This document shows positions 28,581 through 45,327 of a stretch of 64,000 nucleotides of DNA, one piece after another (positions within the stretch are counted from its first letter, which is position 1; each line of letters opens with the position of its first letter). Source of the DNA: the human T2T-CHM13v2.0 reference genome, Homo sapiens; assembly GCF_009914755.1 (NCBI RefSeq), contig NC_060926.1; one strand, written 5' to 3'. The notes below the pieces were generated by a model. The model was not told the DNA's origin. It ran no database searches and saw only the letters and a list, made by a program, of their open reading frames with translations. Position numbers and translations under genes: made by a program.

Positions 28581-29307
28581 GATGAATAAATGAGTAACCA
28601 CATCAATATTTAAGTGTTCACTCGGAGCCTTGGGGCCAGTGTGTCACGGGTTGGGGGAAATTACAGGCCCTGGTGGGGGGTTAAATAACTACTTCCACCC
28701 ATTATTAAGTGCCTACTGTGTGCCAGGGCCTAAGTATTAACGTATACTTGGTTTATTATTGATAATAACGATGTTTAGTAATTATAGATGCTGAATTTCA
28801 GCCAACTCTGGTCAGTGCGCTTTTATATGCATTACCTCATTTTATCCTCAGAGCAACTCTGTGGGGTGAGTATGGCTTTTATCCCTATTTTCCAGAAGAT
28901 AAAATGTCAGCTCAGATGGGGGAGGGTTGTGAATCCACTAGATGCCCCCAGAGCGTTTTTTTTTTTTTTAACTTTCAGAGCCTGTACTTTTAAAATAATA
29001 ATTTAAAAATAATACACACAGCTTTTTTAAAAAAATCAAATAGGACAGAATGGCTTGCAATGAAAAGCAAGAACTCCCTCTCCATCCTTCAATCCAGGGA
29101 TGCTGCTTAAAGCCACTGGTGTTTTCAGGTCTGATGGTTACCTCCACATCACTACATTAAGATGCTCACATAGCTACATCTGCATTTATCAGGACTGGCC
29201 ACTGTCTGTTGCCTTCCTCCTATGATAGATAATGATTTAGCTGGCTCACACCCACTTCCATCCCTCAATCTTGTGTAGTTATGCTATTATTTTTAGTTCC
29301 TCTATAG

Positions 29308-29825
29308 CAGGGGTCCCCAACCCTTGGGCCACAGACTGGTAACCCTCCATGTCCTGTTAGGAACTGGGCTGCACAGTAGGAGGTGAGTGGTGGTAGGGGC
29401 TAGCTGGTGAAACTTCATCTGTATTTACAGCCGCTTCCTATCGCATTACCGCCTGAGCTCCACCTCCTGTCAGATCAGCTGTGGCATTAAATTCTCCTAG
29501 GAGCACAAACCCTATTGTGAACTGTGCATGCGAGGGATCTAGGTTGCATACTCCTTATGAGAATCTAATGCCTGATGATCTGTCACTGTCTCCCATCCCC
29601 AGATGGGACCATCTGGTTGCAGGAAAACAAGGTCAGGGCTCCCACTGATTCTACATTATGGTGAGTCATATAATTGCTTCATTATATATTACAATGTAAT
29701 GATAAGAGAAATAAAGTGCACAGTAAATGTAATGCACTTGAATCATCCTGAAACCATCCCTGCCACCCTCAGTCTGTGGAAACTTACATTTTGGTCCCTG
29801 GTGTCAAAAAGGTGGGGAACCAGTG
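29308..29825 (+). mobile_element. MER1A (hAT-Charlie non-autonomous DNA transposon)
   Basis: CAGGGGTCCCCAAC terminal inverted repeat; ~518 bp; perfect 8-bp TSD CTCTATAG at 29300-29307 and 29826-29833. Confidence 0.9.
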
Positions 29826-30233
29826 CTCTATAGGATACCCAACAGGAGAAACATGTATTTCTTCTTAGGGAGACTCCACAGTACCCCTCAACTGTCCACC
29901 TTCCAGGCCATGTCCTCTACTGGGAATATGAACCTAGGAAACCAGTAGAGTAGGCAGAGGAGACCCATGATAGCACACCCAGCACAGGCCCAGTCCTCAC
30001 AGCCTCCCACCTTAACTCTTCCATCAGAAGACTGGAGTGGGGAAGTCCTAGGCACCAGCCCCATGGTCCAGCAACCCTGACGATAGCACCTAGCTTTAGA
30101 GACAGCCAGATCTGCCTACAGATATTGGCCATCTGCCTCTTAGTAGCTATGAAACCTGAAGTTTAAGCCAACTCTCTAACCTCTCTTGGCCTTATTTCTC
30201 CATTTGGATAATGGGATAATGATTCTTACCTCA

Positions 30234-30829
<596 letters not shown>

Positions 30830-31066
30830 TGGAAATAAATCATAACGCAACCATCCATAAATAAACACTGTTAATAATTTGTTGTGTTTCTTTCTAGTCT
30901 TTATACTGTATGTGTTTGTTTTATATACATTATGGTTTTTGAGACATCTAAAGTATAATTATTAAATCTGTGGGCTTTGGAGTCCTGGTTCTACCATTAC
31001 TTTATATATATTATCACTCTTGGCTATAAGTCTGTATACTAAAGAAAAAGTATATACATATAATAC

Positions 31067-31068
<2 letters not shown>

Positions 31069-31097
<29 letters not shown>
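31069..31097. repeat. (CA)n microsatellite
   Basis: Direct CA run. Confidence 0.95.
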
Positions 31098-31100
<3 letters not shown>

Positions 31101-32588
31101 TCATGTTTAACCCTGAAGATAACCATTTAAAGCAAGTGCTACCCTTGGTTTCACTGATGAGGAAACAGAAGCAGGAAGAGCTTGGGTGATTTTCCCCAAG
31201 TCTCCAACCGGAAAATTGTAGAGACTGAGTGGCTCTACTGGCTGTGGTACTCTGCTCTCACACCAGCTTGTTGGTCAGCCAAGCACTAGATCCATTTAAA
31301 GTCAATAAAGAAGGAAGTGTTCTCATACCCATTTTACAGACGAAGATTGAGGCAACCAAGGTTACAAGAGTCAGGATGAACCTCCCACTTTAAGAGTGAA
31401 TTCTTCAAGGACTTTGCAAGTGACGATATCATCACTAAACTTCAACTAACATAAATGTGTCACTCCTTCAGCGGGTCTGTTTCATCTGTTTGCCTGTTCT
31501 CCAACGTTACTGCTCCTACCTCCTCCCTCCCTCCTCCTCCGCCAAGGAGGAGCAAAGCACCAGGAAAGGGGAAAAGGTGGAGAGCACTCAGATGGCTCCT
31601 CTGCCTCACCTGCCCTCTGGCTCTCTTTCCTCCTGCCTTGGCCCTCACAGATTGGCAAGCTCAAGCTTCCTGCTGGCTCTGGACTGTGGCTGGCTATAGG
31701 AGGGGAACGAAACCAGCCAGGGCTCCCACCCCACGTTGCCTGGCCCTAGAAGGAAAAGCCAGGTCTGCTAGCTGTCTGTGGTTGAGAAAAGAGCAGAAAC
31801 ACCAGATACTGAGGTCTTGGTCATCTAAAGGTGTGTTTCCTCCTCTATAAGATGAGATCCCCCCCACTCCCTGCAGCAGCCTGCATAAGAGTTAGACAAG
31901 AAGACCCCAAAAGCATCAGTTTCCTCTGCCTCCCCAGGGCTGGGTGTCCTCACTGCCTTCCTGGGCCTCTCTAGTCCATTGGAGACAGTTCTTGCTTGAA
32001 AAGCATCCACCTATGTGTAGCTTCCACTCATTGCCCCCTCTTCAGTACCACTAAGCCCATTTGCTTTTCCATGTAGACACTTCACATGTATTTGTCCTGC
32101 TCTTCCAGCTACATTTCCCTCTGTTCTTCACCTCACCTTCCTGCAGCTATTTTCCAGGCCCTCTTTATAGCAGAACCACATGCCCAGGTCTAAGCCCTGG
32201 TGCCACTACTTACTAACTGTATAAGCATGGGCAAATTACTGAACCCTACTGAGTCTGTTTCCACCTCTGTAAAATGGGCCTGCTAATAAGAAATTACCTC
32301 ATAGGGTTAGTATGAGAGCTATCTCAATACACCCTAAGCAGTAATGAGCATGAATTATCATCTTAGAACTCTTTGCTGAAGGCAAAAGCTTCTGCCTCCT
32401 TGTTGTTTCATTTGCATTTCTTTGATTGCCAGAGAGATTGAACTTCTTTTCAGTTATTAGTCATTTGTATTTCCTTCTTTAATGAATTGTCTATTTTCTG
32501 AATTGCCTATTTTCTATGCTTGTTTTTCTTTGAAGCCTTAATTTCTTATTATTTATACAAATGCTTTATATGTTAAGAATAGTAACAT

Positions 32589-33527
<939 letters not shown>

Positions 33528-33557
33528 GGATATGTTTTCGATATAAGACATTAGGTA

Positions 33558-33870
33558 GGCTGAGTGCAATGGCTTATGCCTGTAACCCTAGCACTTTGGG
33601 AGGCCGAGGCAAGAAGATTACTTGTGAGCCCAGGAGTTCTAGACCAGCCTGGACAACGTAGCAAGACCCTGTCTCTTTTTAAAAATTATTTTTAAATTAG
33701 CTAGGTGTGCTAATGCACGCCTGTAGTCCTGACCACTGGGGGGGTTGGAGTAGGTCTGAGGCAGGAGGATTGCTTGAGCCCGGGACGTCCTGGCTTCAGT
33801 GAGCCATTATCACACCACTACACTCCAGCCTGAGTGACAGAGCTCAGGCCCTGTCTAAATAAATAAGTAA
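33558..33870 (+). mobile_element. AluJ
   Basis: Diverged dimeric Alu. Confidence 0.85.
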
Positions 33871-34160
33871 AATTAGATAATCAAATCTTTGAATTCTTTC
33901 CATTGTTTTAAGCTTGAGTTCTTCCAAACTTACAGGTCCAACAATATTCATTTGGATTTTTTCAAGTTTTTAAGTTGTTTGGATTTTTGTTTGTTCTTTT
34001 ATTCTCTTTAAATCCTGCTAGCAACCATTTTGATGAATGATTTCAGGTAAATATCTAACCTGCTTTCCCCCAACAGCTATCCAAGTTTCCCAATATTTAT
34101 TGCAAAGCCCTATCCCTTAGCCATTGGGTTTATCATATAAGTTTATATATATATTTGTAG

Positions 34161-35113
34161 TGAAGGGGTGGCCTGCCCCTCCACACCTGTGGGTATATCT
34201 CATCAGGTGGGACGAGAGACTGAGAAAAGAAATAAGACACAAAGTATAGAGAAAGAAAAGCGGGCCCAGGGGACTGGCGCTCAGCATACCAAGGACCTGC
34301 ACCGGCACCAGTCTCTGAGTTCCCTCCGTATTTATTGATTATTATTTTCATTATCTCAGCAAGAGGAATGTGGTAGGAGAACAGGGTGATAATAGAGAGA
34401 AGGTCAGAAAAAAAACATGTGAGCTAAAGAATCTATGTCATAATTAAGTTCAAGGGGAGGTACTATGCCTGGATGTGCACGTAGGCCAGATTTATGTTTC
34501 TCTCCGCCCAAACATCTCAGTGGAGTAAAGAATAACAAAGCAGCATTGCTGCCAACATGTCTCGCCTCCCGCCATAGGGTGGTTTTTCTCCTATCTCAGA
34601 ACTGAACAAATGTACAATCGGGCTTTACACCGAGACATTCAGTTCCCAGGGGCAGGCAGGAGACAGTGGCCTTCCTCTATCTCAACTGCAAGAGGCTTTC
34701 CTCTTTTACTAATCCACCTCAGCAGAGACCCTTTACGGGTGTCGGGCTGGGGGACGGTCAGGTCTTTCTCACCCACGAGGCCATATTTCAGACTATCACA
34801 TGGAGAGAAACCTTAGACAATACCCAGCTTTCCAGGGCAGAGGTCCCTGCGGCTTTCCGCAATGCATTGTGCCCGTGGTTTATCGAGACTAGAGAATGGC
34901 GATGAATTTTACCAAGCATACTGCTTGTAAACATTTTGTTAACAAGGCACATCCTGCAGAGCCCTAAATCCCTTAAACCTTGATTCCATACAACACATGT
35001 TTTTGTGAGCTCAAGGTTGGGGCAAAGTGGCTGGGGCAAAGTTACAGATTAACAGCATCTCAGAGCAAAACAATTGTTCAGGGTACAAGTCAAAATGGGA
35101 TTTCTTATATCTT
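34161..35113 (-). mobile_element. HERV-K(HML-2) LTR5 (LTR5A/B-type), 5'-truncated
   Basis: Begins tgaaggggtggcctgcccctccacacctgtggg (reverse complement of the U5 end). Minus-strand AATAAA at 34336-34331. Typical LTR5 U3 motifs. Stops short of the U3 TG terminus. Confidence 0.9.
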
Positions 35114-35253
35114 TGCTAGGGCAATTTGGCAAGAAGAATAAATAAAATCATCTAGATTGGAAAGGAAAAGTAAAGCAATCTCTATTTGTAGACTACATGA
35201 TCTTGTAAATAGAAAATCCTAAGGAGTCCACTAAAATCTGTTAGGGTGAATAA

Positions 35254-35691
<438 letters not shown>

Positions 35692-35760
35692 GAAACAATT
35701 CCATTTATAATAACTTCAAAAAATAAAATACTTAGAAATGAATTCAACAAAAGAAGTCTA

Positions 35761-36093
<333 letters not shown>

Positions 36094-36640
36094 TTAGTAA
36101 CCTAAATACATAGAAAGGTATTTCATGTTCATGGAACTGAAGACTTATTGTTAAGATGGCAATACTCGCCAGATTCAACATATCCCCTCTCAAAAGTCCA
36201 ACTGCTGTTTTTGCAAAAATTGGAAAGCTGATCCTGAAAAGCACATGGAAACGCTTGAGACCCAAAATAGCCAAATCAATCTTGAAAAAGAACAACAAAG
36301 GGCACTCACACTTTTTGATTTCAAAACTTACTACAAATAAAGACAGTGTGGTACTGGTATAAAGATAGACATATAGACCAGTGGAATAAAATAGAGTCCA
36401 GAGATAAATCCTTACATTTATGACCAATTGATTTTCAACAGAGGTACCTAGACCATTTAATGGGGAAGGTATTGTTTTTTCAACAAATGGCCTGGGACAG
36501 CTGATATTCACATGCAAAAGAATTAAGCAGGACCCCTTTCTTACACTGCACACAAAAATTAACTCAAAATACATTATAGACCCAAATGTAAGAGTTAAAA
36601 CTATAAAGCTCCTAGAAGAAAACATAGGAATAAATCTTCA

Positions 36641-37024
<384 letters not shown>

Positions 37025-37172
37025 CTAAATTTAAAAATTTTAGGCTTCAGAGAACACCATCGAAAAAAGTGAAAAGACACTCCACAGGCTGAAAGTATTT
37101 ACAAATCATATATCTCATAAGGAACTAGTATCTAGATGTATAAAGAACTTATAATTCAACAATAAAAAGACA

Positions 37173-37477
37173 GGCTGGGCACAGTGGCTCACACCTGTAG
37201 TCCCAATGCTTTGGGAGGCCAAGGCAAGAGGATTGCTTGAGTCCAGGAATTTGAGACTAGCCTGGGCATAACAACACCTCATCTCTACAAAAAAATTTTT
37301 TTTCTTAACTAGCCAGGCATGGTGGCACTCACCTGTAGTCCTAGCTACTTGGGAGACTGAGGCAGGAGGATCCCTTGAGCCCTAGGAATTTGAGGCTGCA
37401 GTAGGCTATGAACTTGCCACTGCACTCCAGCCTGGCCAACAGAGTGAGGCCTTTTCTCTACCAAAACAAAAGAAAAA
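37173..37477 (+). mobile_element. AluJ
   Basis: TSD aacaataaaaagaca. Confidence 0.88.
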
Positions 37478-38439
37478 CAATAAAAAGACAACCCAGTTTA
37501 AAAATGGGTGCGTGATTTGAATACATAATTCTCTACAAAGATATACAAATGGCCAACATGCATGTGAAAAGACACCAAAACCACTAGCCATTAGAGAAAT
37601 GTAAATCAAAATCACAATAAGATATCACTTCACACCAACTAGAATGGATATAATAAAAAGACAGATGACAAGTGTTTTCCAGATGTGGAGACACTAGAAA
37701 CTAATACACTGCTGGTAGGAATGTAAAACAGTGCAGCCACTTTGGAAAACAGTTTGACAGATCCTCAATTGTTAAACATGGAGTAACCATATGACCCAGC
37801 AATTTCACACTCCTAGATATGCATCCAAGAGAAATGAAAACGTGTGTCCATACAAAAAGTTGAACATGAATATTCATCCCCAGTTTCCTACCCAAAATCT
37901 ACAATCTCCAACTGCATTTTTTGCATCTCAGAGGAAGAGTTGTTCCTGAGTGCTTAACTTTCCTTCCTCTGCTTTGAGGCAGACCAGGGTTCTATCCTCC
38001 CCTTCATTTCTGTACCTCTCATCCACTGTTTCCTCCTCTCATCACATAAATATGCTCATGTCCTTCCCGATAAAGCCAGAAAACCACAACACCCTTTCAA
38101 TATTGCCGGTACCACGTCCTTCTTTCTGAGACGTTTCCTAAATTTGATTGACTTCTTCTGCCTTTACCCGCTCACTGCCCCATTCATACCCAATTCCACA
38201 GCATCCTGGCTCTCTATCCTTCTACCCTGTTGTTCTTGCATTCGTAATTGCAAAATCCCAGGCCCTCCTTCAGTCCTTATCTTAACCTCCCCTTTGCATG
38301 TGGTAGTTAACCATTTCCTTCCCCCAAACTCCCTCAAACCTATTCTCTGCCTCTGGGACCCCACTCTTTCATGCCTTTGCTCTGCCTCTCCCTTATACCT
38401 TCTGGGTCTCCTTCAGGGGGTTTCTCTTCCTTTCCCAAA

Positions 38440-38734
<295 letters not shown>

Positions 38735-39009
38735 TAATGTTGGTTTATTTCTCGGCCCTCTTCTCTTTTCACTCCTTAGACTTTCCCTAAAGATTCCCTT
38801 TTACACATGTGGTTTTATTCATTCTGTAAATGTTCTCACCTCCCATATGTCTACTTCCAGCCCAGTCCTCTTTCCTGAACCTCAGATGAACACTTACAAA
38901 TGCCATGAAATATCCCATACATACTTTTTTTCAAATTTATTTATTTTTAAGTTGACATATGAAATTGCATGTATTTATTGTATACTCACACATACTTTCA
39001 AATTCAACA

Positions 39010-40149
<1,140 letters not shown>

Positions 40150-40163
40150 AAATTATAAGTTGA

Positions 40164-40550
<387 letters not shown>

Positions 40551-42041
40551 CTAACCAGAAACTTAGTGGGGTTTTTTTTTGTTTTTTGTTTTTTTTCAAG
40601 GGAAAGAAGCACTGCCACCTACAAGCTGCAGAGAGCATTGCTTCTTTCCTGCTTCCCAGATGCCATATTGAAGGAAAGCCACTAAAGACCACCAGGATTG
40701 CATCAAAAGGATTCCAGAGCCAACTCAAGATGCTTCTACTGGACAAAGGCACAACAAATTGAGCACCAATGAGAATAACAAGACAAAGATTTGAAATATA
40801 GAAGTGTTCCAGAAAATGAATGAAGAAGGAATGATTGAGTTGGAATAGCACCATTTCATAGCCCATAATGAACTAATGGATCTAAGCAGTGATTGTCAAT
40901 GGCTGTTAACTAAAAGAGATAACTAGGAACTGTGTGCCTCCTGATGGAAGAATACACCACCATCTATGAGGTAGTCTTGCCCCACCCCCTAGTTTAACCA
41001 GAATCTGATCAAGCCTCTATATCCAACTATATATAAGTTTACAGGAAATATATGGGACAGAGAAAAACATTAAACCAATAATGTAGGGATGCAATCAGCA
41101 AAATTCAGACTGTAGGAAACTATAGGACAAACAATCCAGGTTTTTTCAACAAATTGCAAAAAAAAAAAAAGGAAGAAGAAGAAGAAGAGCTAGAAGATAG
41201 AAGAGGAACCTTAAAACTTGAAAAACACATTTTTTTAAATAGGTAAATACCCCAGCAGCAATGAGCACATCTAGCACTCAGATCATGGTTTCTAAATACC
41301 GTCCTCCAATACAAAGAACAAGGCTCCTTAGAGAAATGTCTGATTCTAGGACTAGGGCAGAGAAAACACAAGATTAGCCTGGATCATTTTGTAATGCCAA
41401 AAAATAAGGAAGTCATCAGGGAAGAAAAGGGGGTGAGGAAGGTGCACTATGTCAGCAGAATACAGGAGCCAACCAGAAACAAGCTGGAACAATTTGAGCC
41501 ACAAAATAAATTACAATAGTATTGGATTATAACCCAAGAAATAAAATAAATATGTATCTATAGTGATATCAATAAATGATTGAATAAATAAGGTAAATGA
41601 GAGAAAAGAGAAAAATCTGCCTTACAGAATTCTAAGTACTATATGTAGATACTGCCCCCGCCCCCGTCCCCACCGGCCAAGAGGTGGAGTTTAATTCCCT
41701 TCTCCTTGAGTATGGGCTGGACTCAGAGACTCACCTTCAAAAAAGAGTATGAAAACCAGCAATTTTACAATTTTACAATGGCAAAGCTTGGCAGGCCCCA
41801 CCTTCATCAGGTGGTCCAGATTAACAGCACCAGTGATAAGTCCCATGGACAGCATGTACCCCTGATATGCAGCCATGAGAAAGGTATGTCAGGCGCAGTG
41901 GCTCACGCCTGTAATCCCAACACTTGGGAGTCCTAGGCGGGTGGATCACTTGAGATCAACACCAGCCTGGCCAACATGGCAAAACCCCATCTCTACTAAA
42001 AATACAAAAAAATTAGTTGGCCATGGTGGTGGGCGCCTTTA

Positions 42042-42210
<169 letters not shown>

Positions 42211-42247
42211 CACCTCTGTGCCTTTCCAAAAACCCATAGCTGTTTTC

Positions 42248-42248
<1 letters not shown>

Positions 42249-42278
<30 letters not shown>

Positions 42279-42706
42279 GTTTTGTTTTGTTTTTATTATA
42301 CTCTAAGTTTTAGGGTACATGTGCACATTGTGCAGGTTAGTTATATATGTATACATGTGCCATGCTGGTGCGCTGCACCCACTAATGTGTCATCTAGCAT
42401 TAGGTATATCTCCCAATGCTATCCCTCCCCCCTCCCCCGACCCCACCACAGTCCCCAGAGTGTGATATTCCCCTTCCTGTGTCCATGTGATCTCATTGTT
42501 CAATTCCCACCTATGAGTGAGAATATGCGGTGTTTGGTTTTTTGTTCTTGCGATAGTTTACTGAGAATGATGGTTTCCAATTTCATCCATGTCCCTACAA
42601 AGGATATGAACTCAACATTTTTTATGGCTGCATAGTATTCCATGGTGTATATGTGCCACATTTTCTTAATCCAGTCTATCATTGTTGGACATTTGGGGTG
42701 GTTCCA
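42249..42706 (-). mobile_element. L1HS-Ta, 5'-truncated (~0.42 kb plus tail)
   Basis: ORF2 C-terminus ...KLSQEQKTKHRIFSLIGGN*. Ta-diagnostic ACA (tgt at 42386-42388) and 3' UTR G (c at 42303). TSD agctgttttct at 42238-42248 and 42707-42717. Confidence 0.93.
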
Positions 42707-42934
42707 AGCTGTTTTCTAATCAAGAGAAAAACATCAGACAAATCCAAATTGAAGGACATCCTTCAAGATACCCAATCAGTACCCTTCAAAAGTGTCAAGA
42801 TCATGAGACACAAGGAAAGACCAAGAAACCATCACGAACAAGAGGAAACTAAGAGGATATATCTGCCCTTGCGGGGACCTGGGCTGTGCATGTCGCTGTC
42901 TAACACATCTCCCAAGTGCAAGCCCTAAACACTA

Positions 42935-43295
<361 letters not shown>

Positions 43296-43419
43296 GACGT
43301 GATTGAATGAAACCCAAAAAAGTAGGGAAAAAGTACTGCAGAAGTAGGTAAGGCAGTTAATTTTTTAAATTACATTATTTTCTCGATTTGGGTATGTTTT
43401 TGGTATTTGTCAGCTTAAA

Positions 43420-43725
43420 TTTTTTTTATTTTGGAATAATTTTAGATTTACAGAAAGTTACAAAGATAGTACAGAAAGTTCCCATATACCCTTCACTCAG
43501 CTTCCCTTCATGTTAACATTTTACTAGTATATAATACTTTTTCCCTACTTTTTTTTTTGGTCCAAACTAAGAAACCAACATTTGGTACAATACAATTAAC
43601 TAGACGACAGACTTTATTCAGATCTAACCAGTTTTCCCATTAATTTTTTTTCTGTTCCAAGATCCAATCCAGGATCCCACACTGCATTTAGTCATCGTGT
43701 CTCCTTAGTTTCCTCCCATCTGTGA
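43420..43725 (-). mobile_element. L1MC-like 3' end fragment
   Basis: tttagatttacagaaagttacaaagatagtacag...ccatatacccttc. Confidence 0.7.
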
Positions 43726-44141
43726 TGTTTACTTTATAGTAATTCATTAAATGGTACATTTGCTTGATATGATTTTCTAAATTCATGTTATATTTAACAA
43801 CACAAATAAAAACAAAAACAAAAACAAAATAATGGTAATGGTTTTTCACAGCTCTTAGAATCAGGGCAGCTGTCCCCAGCCTGATCTGCCAGGCCATGCG
43901 TGGCCTGGTGCTGGCCCACCTCTGCAGCCTCTCCCAGCCTCACAATGACCCAGGCAGACTGCTTCCTTTCAGTCCTTCACATTTGACTTGCTCCTTTCCA
44001 CCACAAGGGCTTTGCACCTGCTGTTGCCTCCTCCCAGCACACTCTTCCCTCCTCTTTGCCAAGGTAACTCCTGCCCCACCACTGACATCACCCCAGCATC
44101 CCTCTAACAGTCCAGCCTTCTCTGGGCTCCCTGGCCAGACA

Positions 44142-44628
44142 GTGACAAAGATTCCTTGCTTGACTAAACTTTAGTCAGCCTCCTGAACCTTCTCCTAGGC
44201 CCACCTGTGCACTTCCTTGTAAAATCTGGTTTTAGCAAGGAGTCTTGCTAAGTCGGTTGAGCAAGAACACCTCCCTTGGACAGCTGATCACAATCACCCT
44301 TGATATCTGATTGGGTTTCTCATCCTCCGCTATCCCCCAGGTGATAGCTAATCACCTGGACTGACTTTAGCAAGAATCCTGTAAGGTTGGTTTAGCCAGA
44401 ATGATCCCTTATCCTCAATGTTCGTTCTCAGTCATTTACCATCCACTGATCCTACCCTGCTTCTTAGCGATAAATTCCCACTTGCCCAAGCTGTATTCAG
44501 AATTGAGCCCAGTCTCTTTCCCCCATTGCAGAATCCCACTGTAGTGGTCCCTATGCCTATTGTGATGGTCTTGAATAAAGTCTGCCTTGCCATGCTTTAA
44601 CAACTATCATTGAATAACTGTCTTTAAT
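44142..44628 (+). mobile_element. MER31-type ERV1 solo LTR
   Basis: Starts tgacaaagattcc...aaactttagtcag; repeated tttagcaag motifs; AATAAA at ~44574. Confidence 0.75.
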
Positions 44629-45012
44629 AGTAAAATCTCCTTACCACAGGCTCTCATCACTATCCACAGGGGCAATGTTACACTCGTTTGTGTGATAATT
44701 TGTGTTTGTGTCTCTCCCCCTGCTAGACTGTAAGCTCCATGAGAGCAGGAACCACACCTGCCTGGCTGACCTCCACATCTTCAGCTTCCACCACTGTGCC
44801 CGGCACACAGCAGGTGCTCAAGAAATATTTGTTGACTTAAGAAAGGAACAAAAACAACAAAACATGCCCGAAAGGTGGAGCAGGGAAGAGAAAGAGGAGG
44901 TGGGAATTACCACAGTGTTTTTAGCTGATTTATTTCCTTTTCATGGAAGTGGGAAAGGAAGGTCAATAGATATTGCTTACTAGTGTGTAAGTTGCCATTA
45001 AAATCTTCTTAG

Positions 45013-45327
45013 GGCTGGGCATGGTGGTTCATGCCTATAATCCCAGCAGTTTGGAAGGTTGAGGCAGGCAGATCACTTGAGGTCAGGAGTTCGTGACCAG
45101 CCTGGCCAGCATGGCAAAACCCCATCTCTACTAAAAATACAAAAAAATTAGCCCGGTGGCGGATGCCTGTAATCCCATCTACTTGGGAGGCAGAGGCAGG
45201 AGAATCGCTTGAACCCAGGAGGCAGAGGTTGCAGTGAGCGAAGATTGTGCCACTGCTCTGCAGCCTGGATGACAGAGCAAGACTCTGTCTCAAAACAATA
45301 AATAAATAAAAATAAAAATAAATAAAA
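45013..45327 (+). mobile_element. Alu
   Basis: Dimeric Alu; TSD-like taaaatct(t/g)cttagg. Confidence 0.9.
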
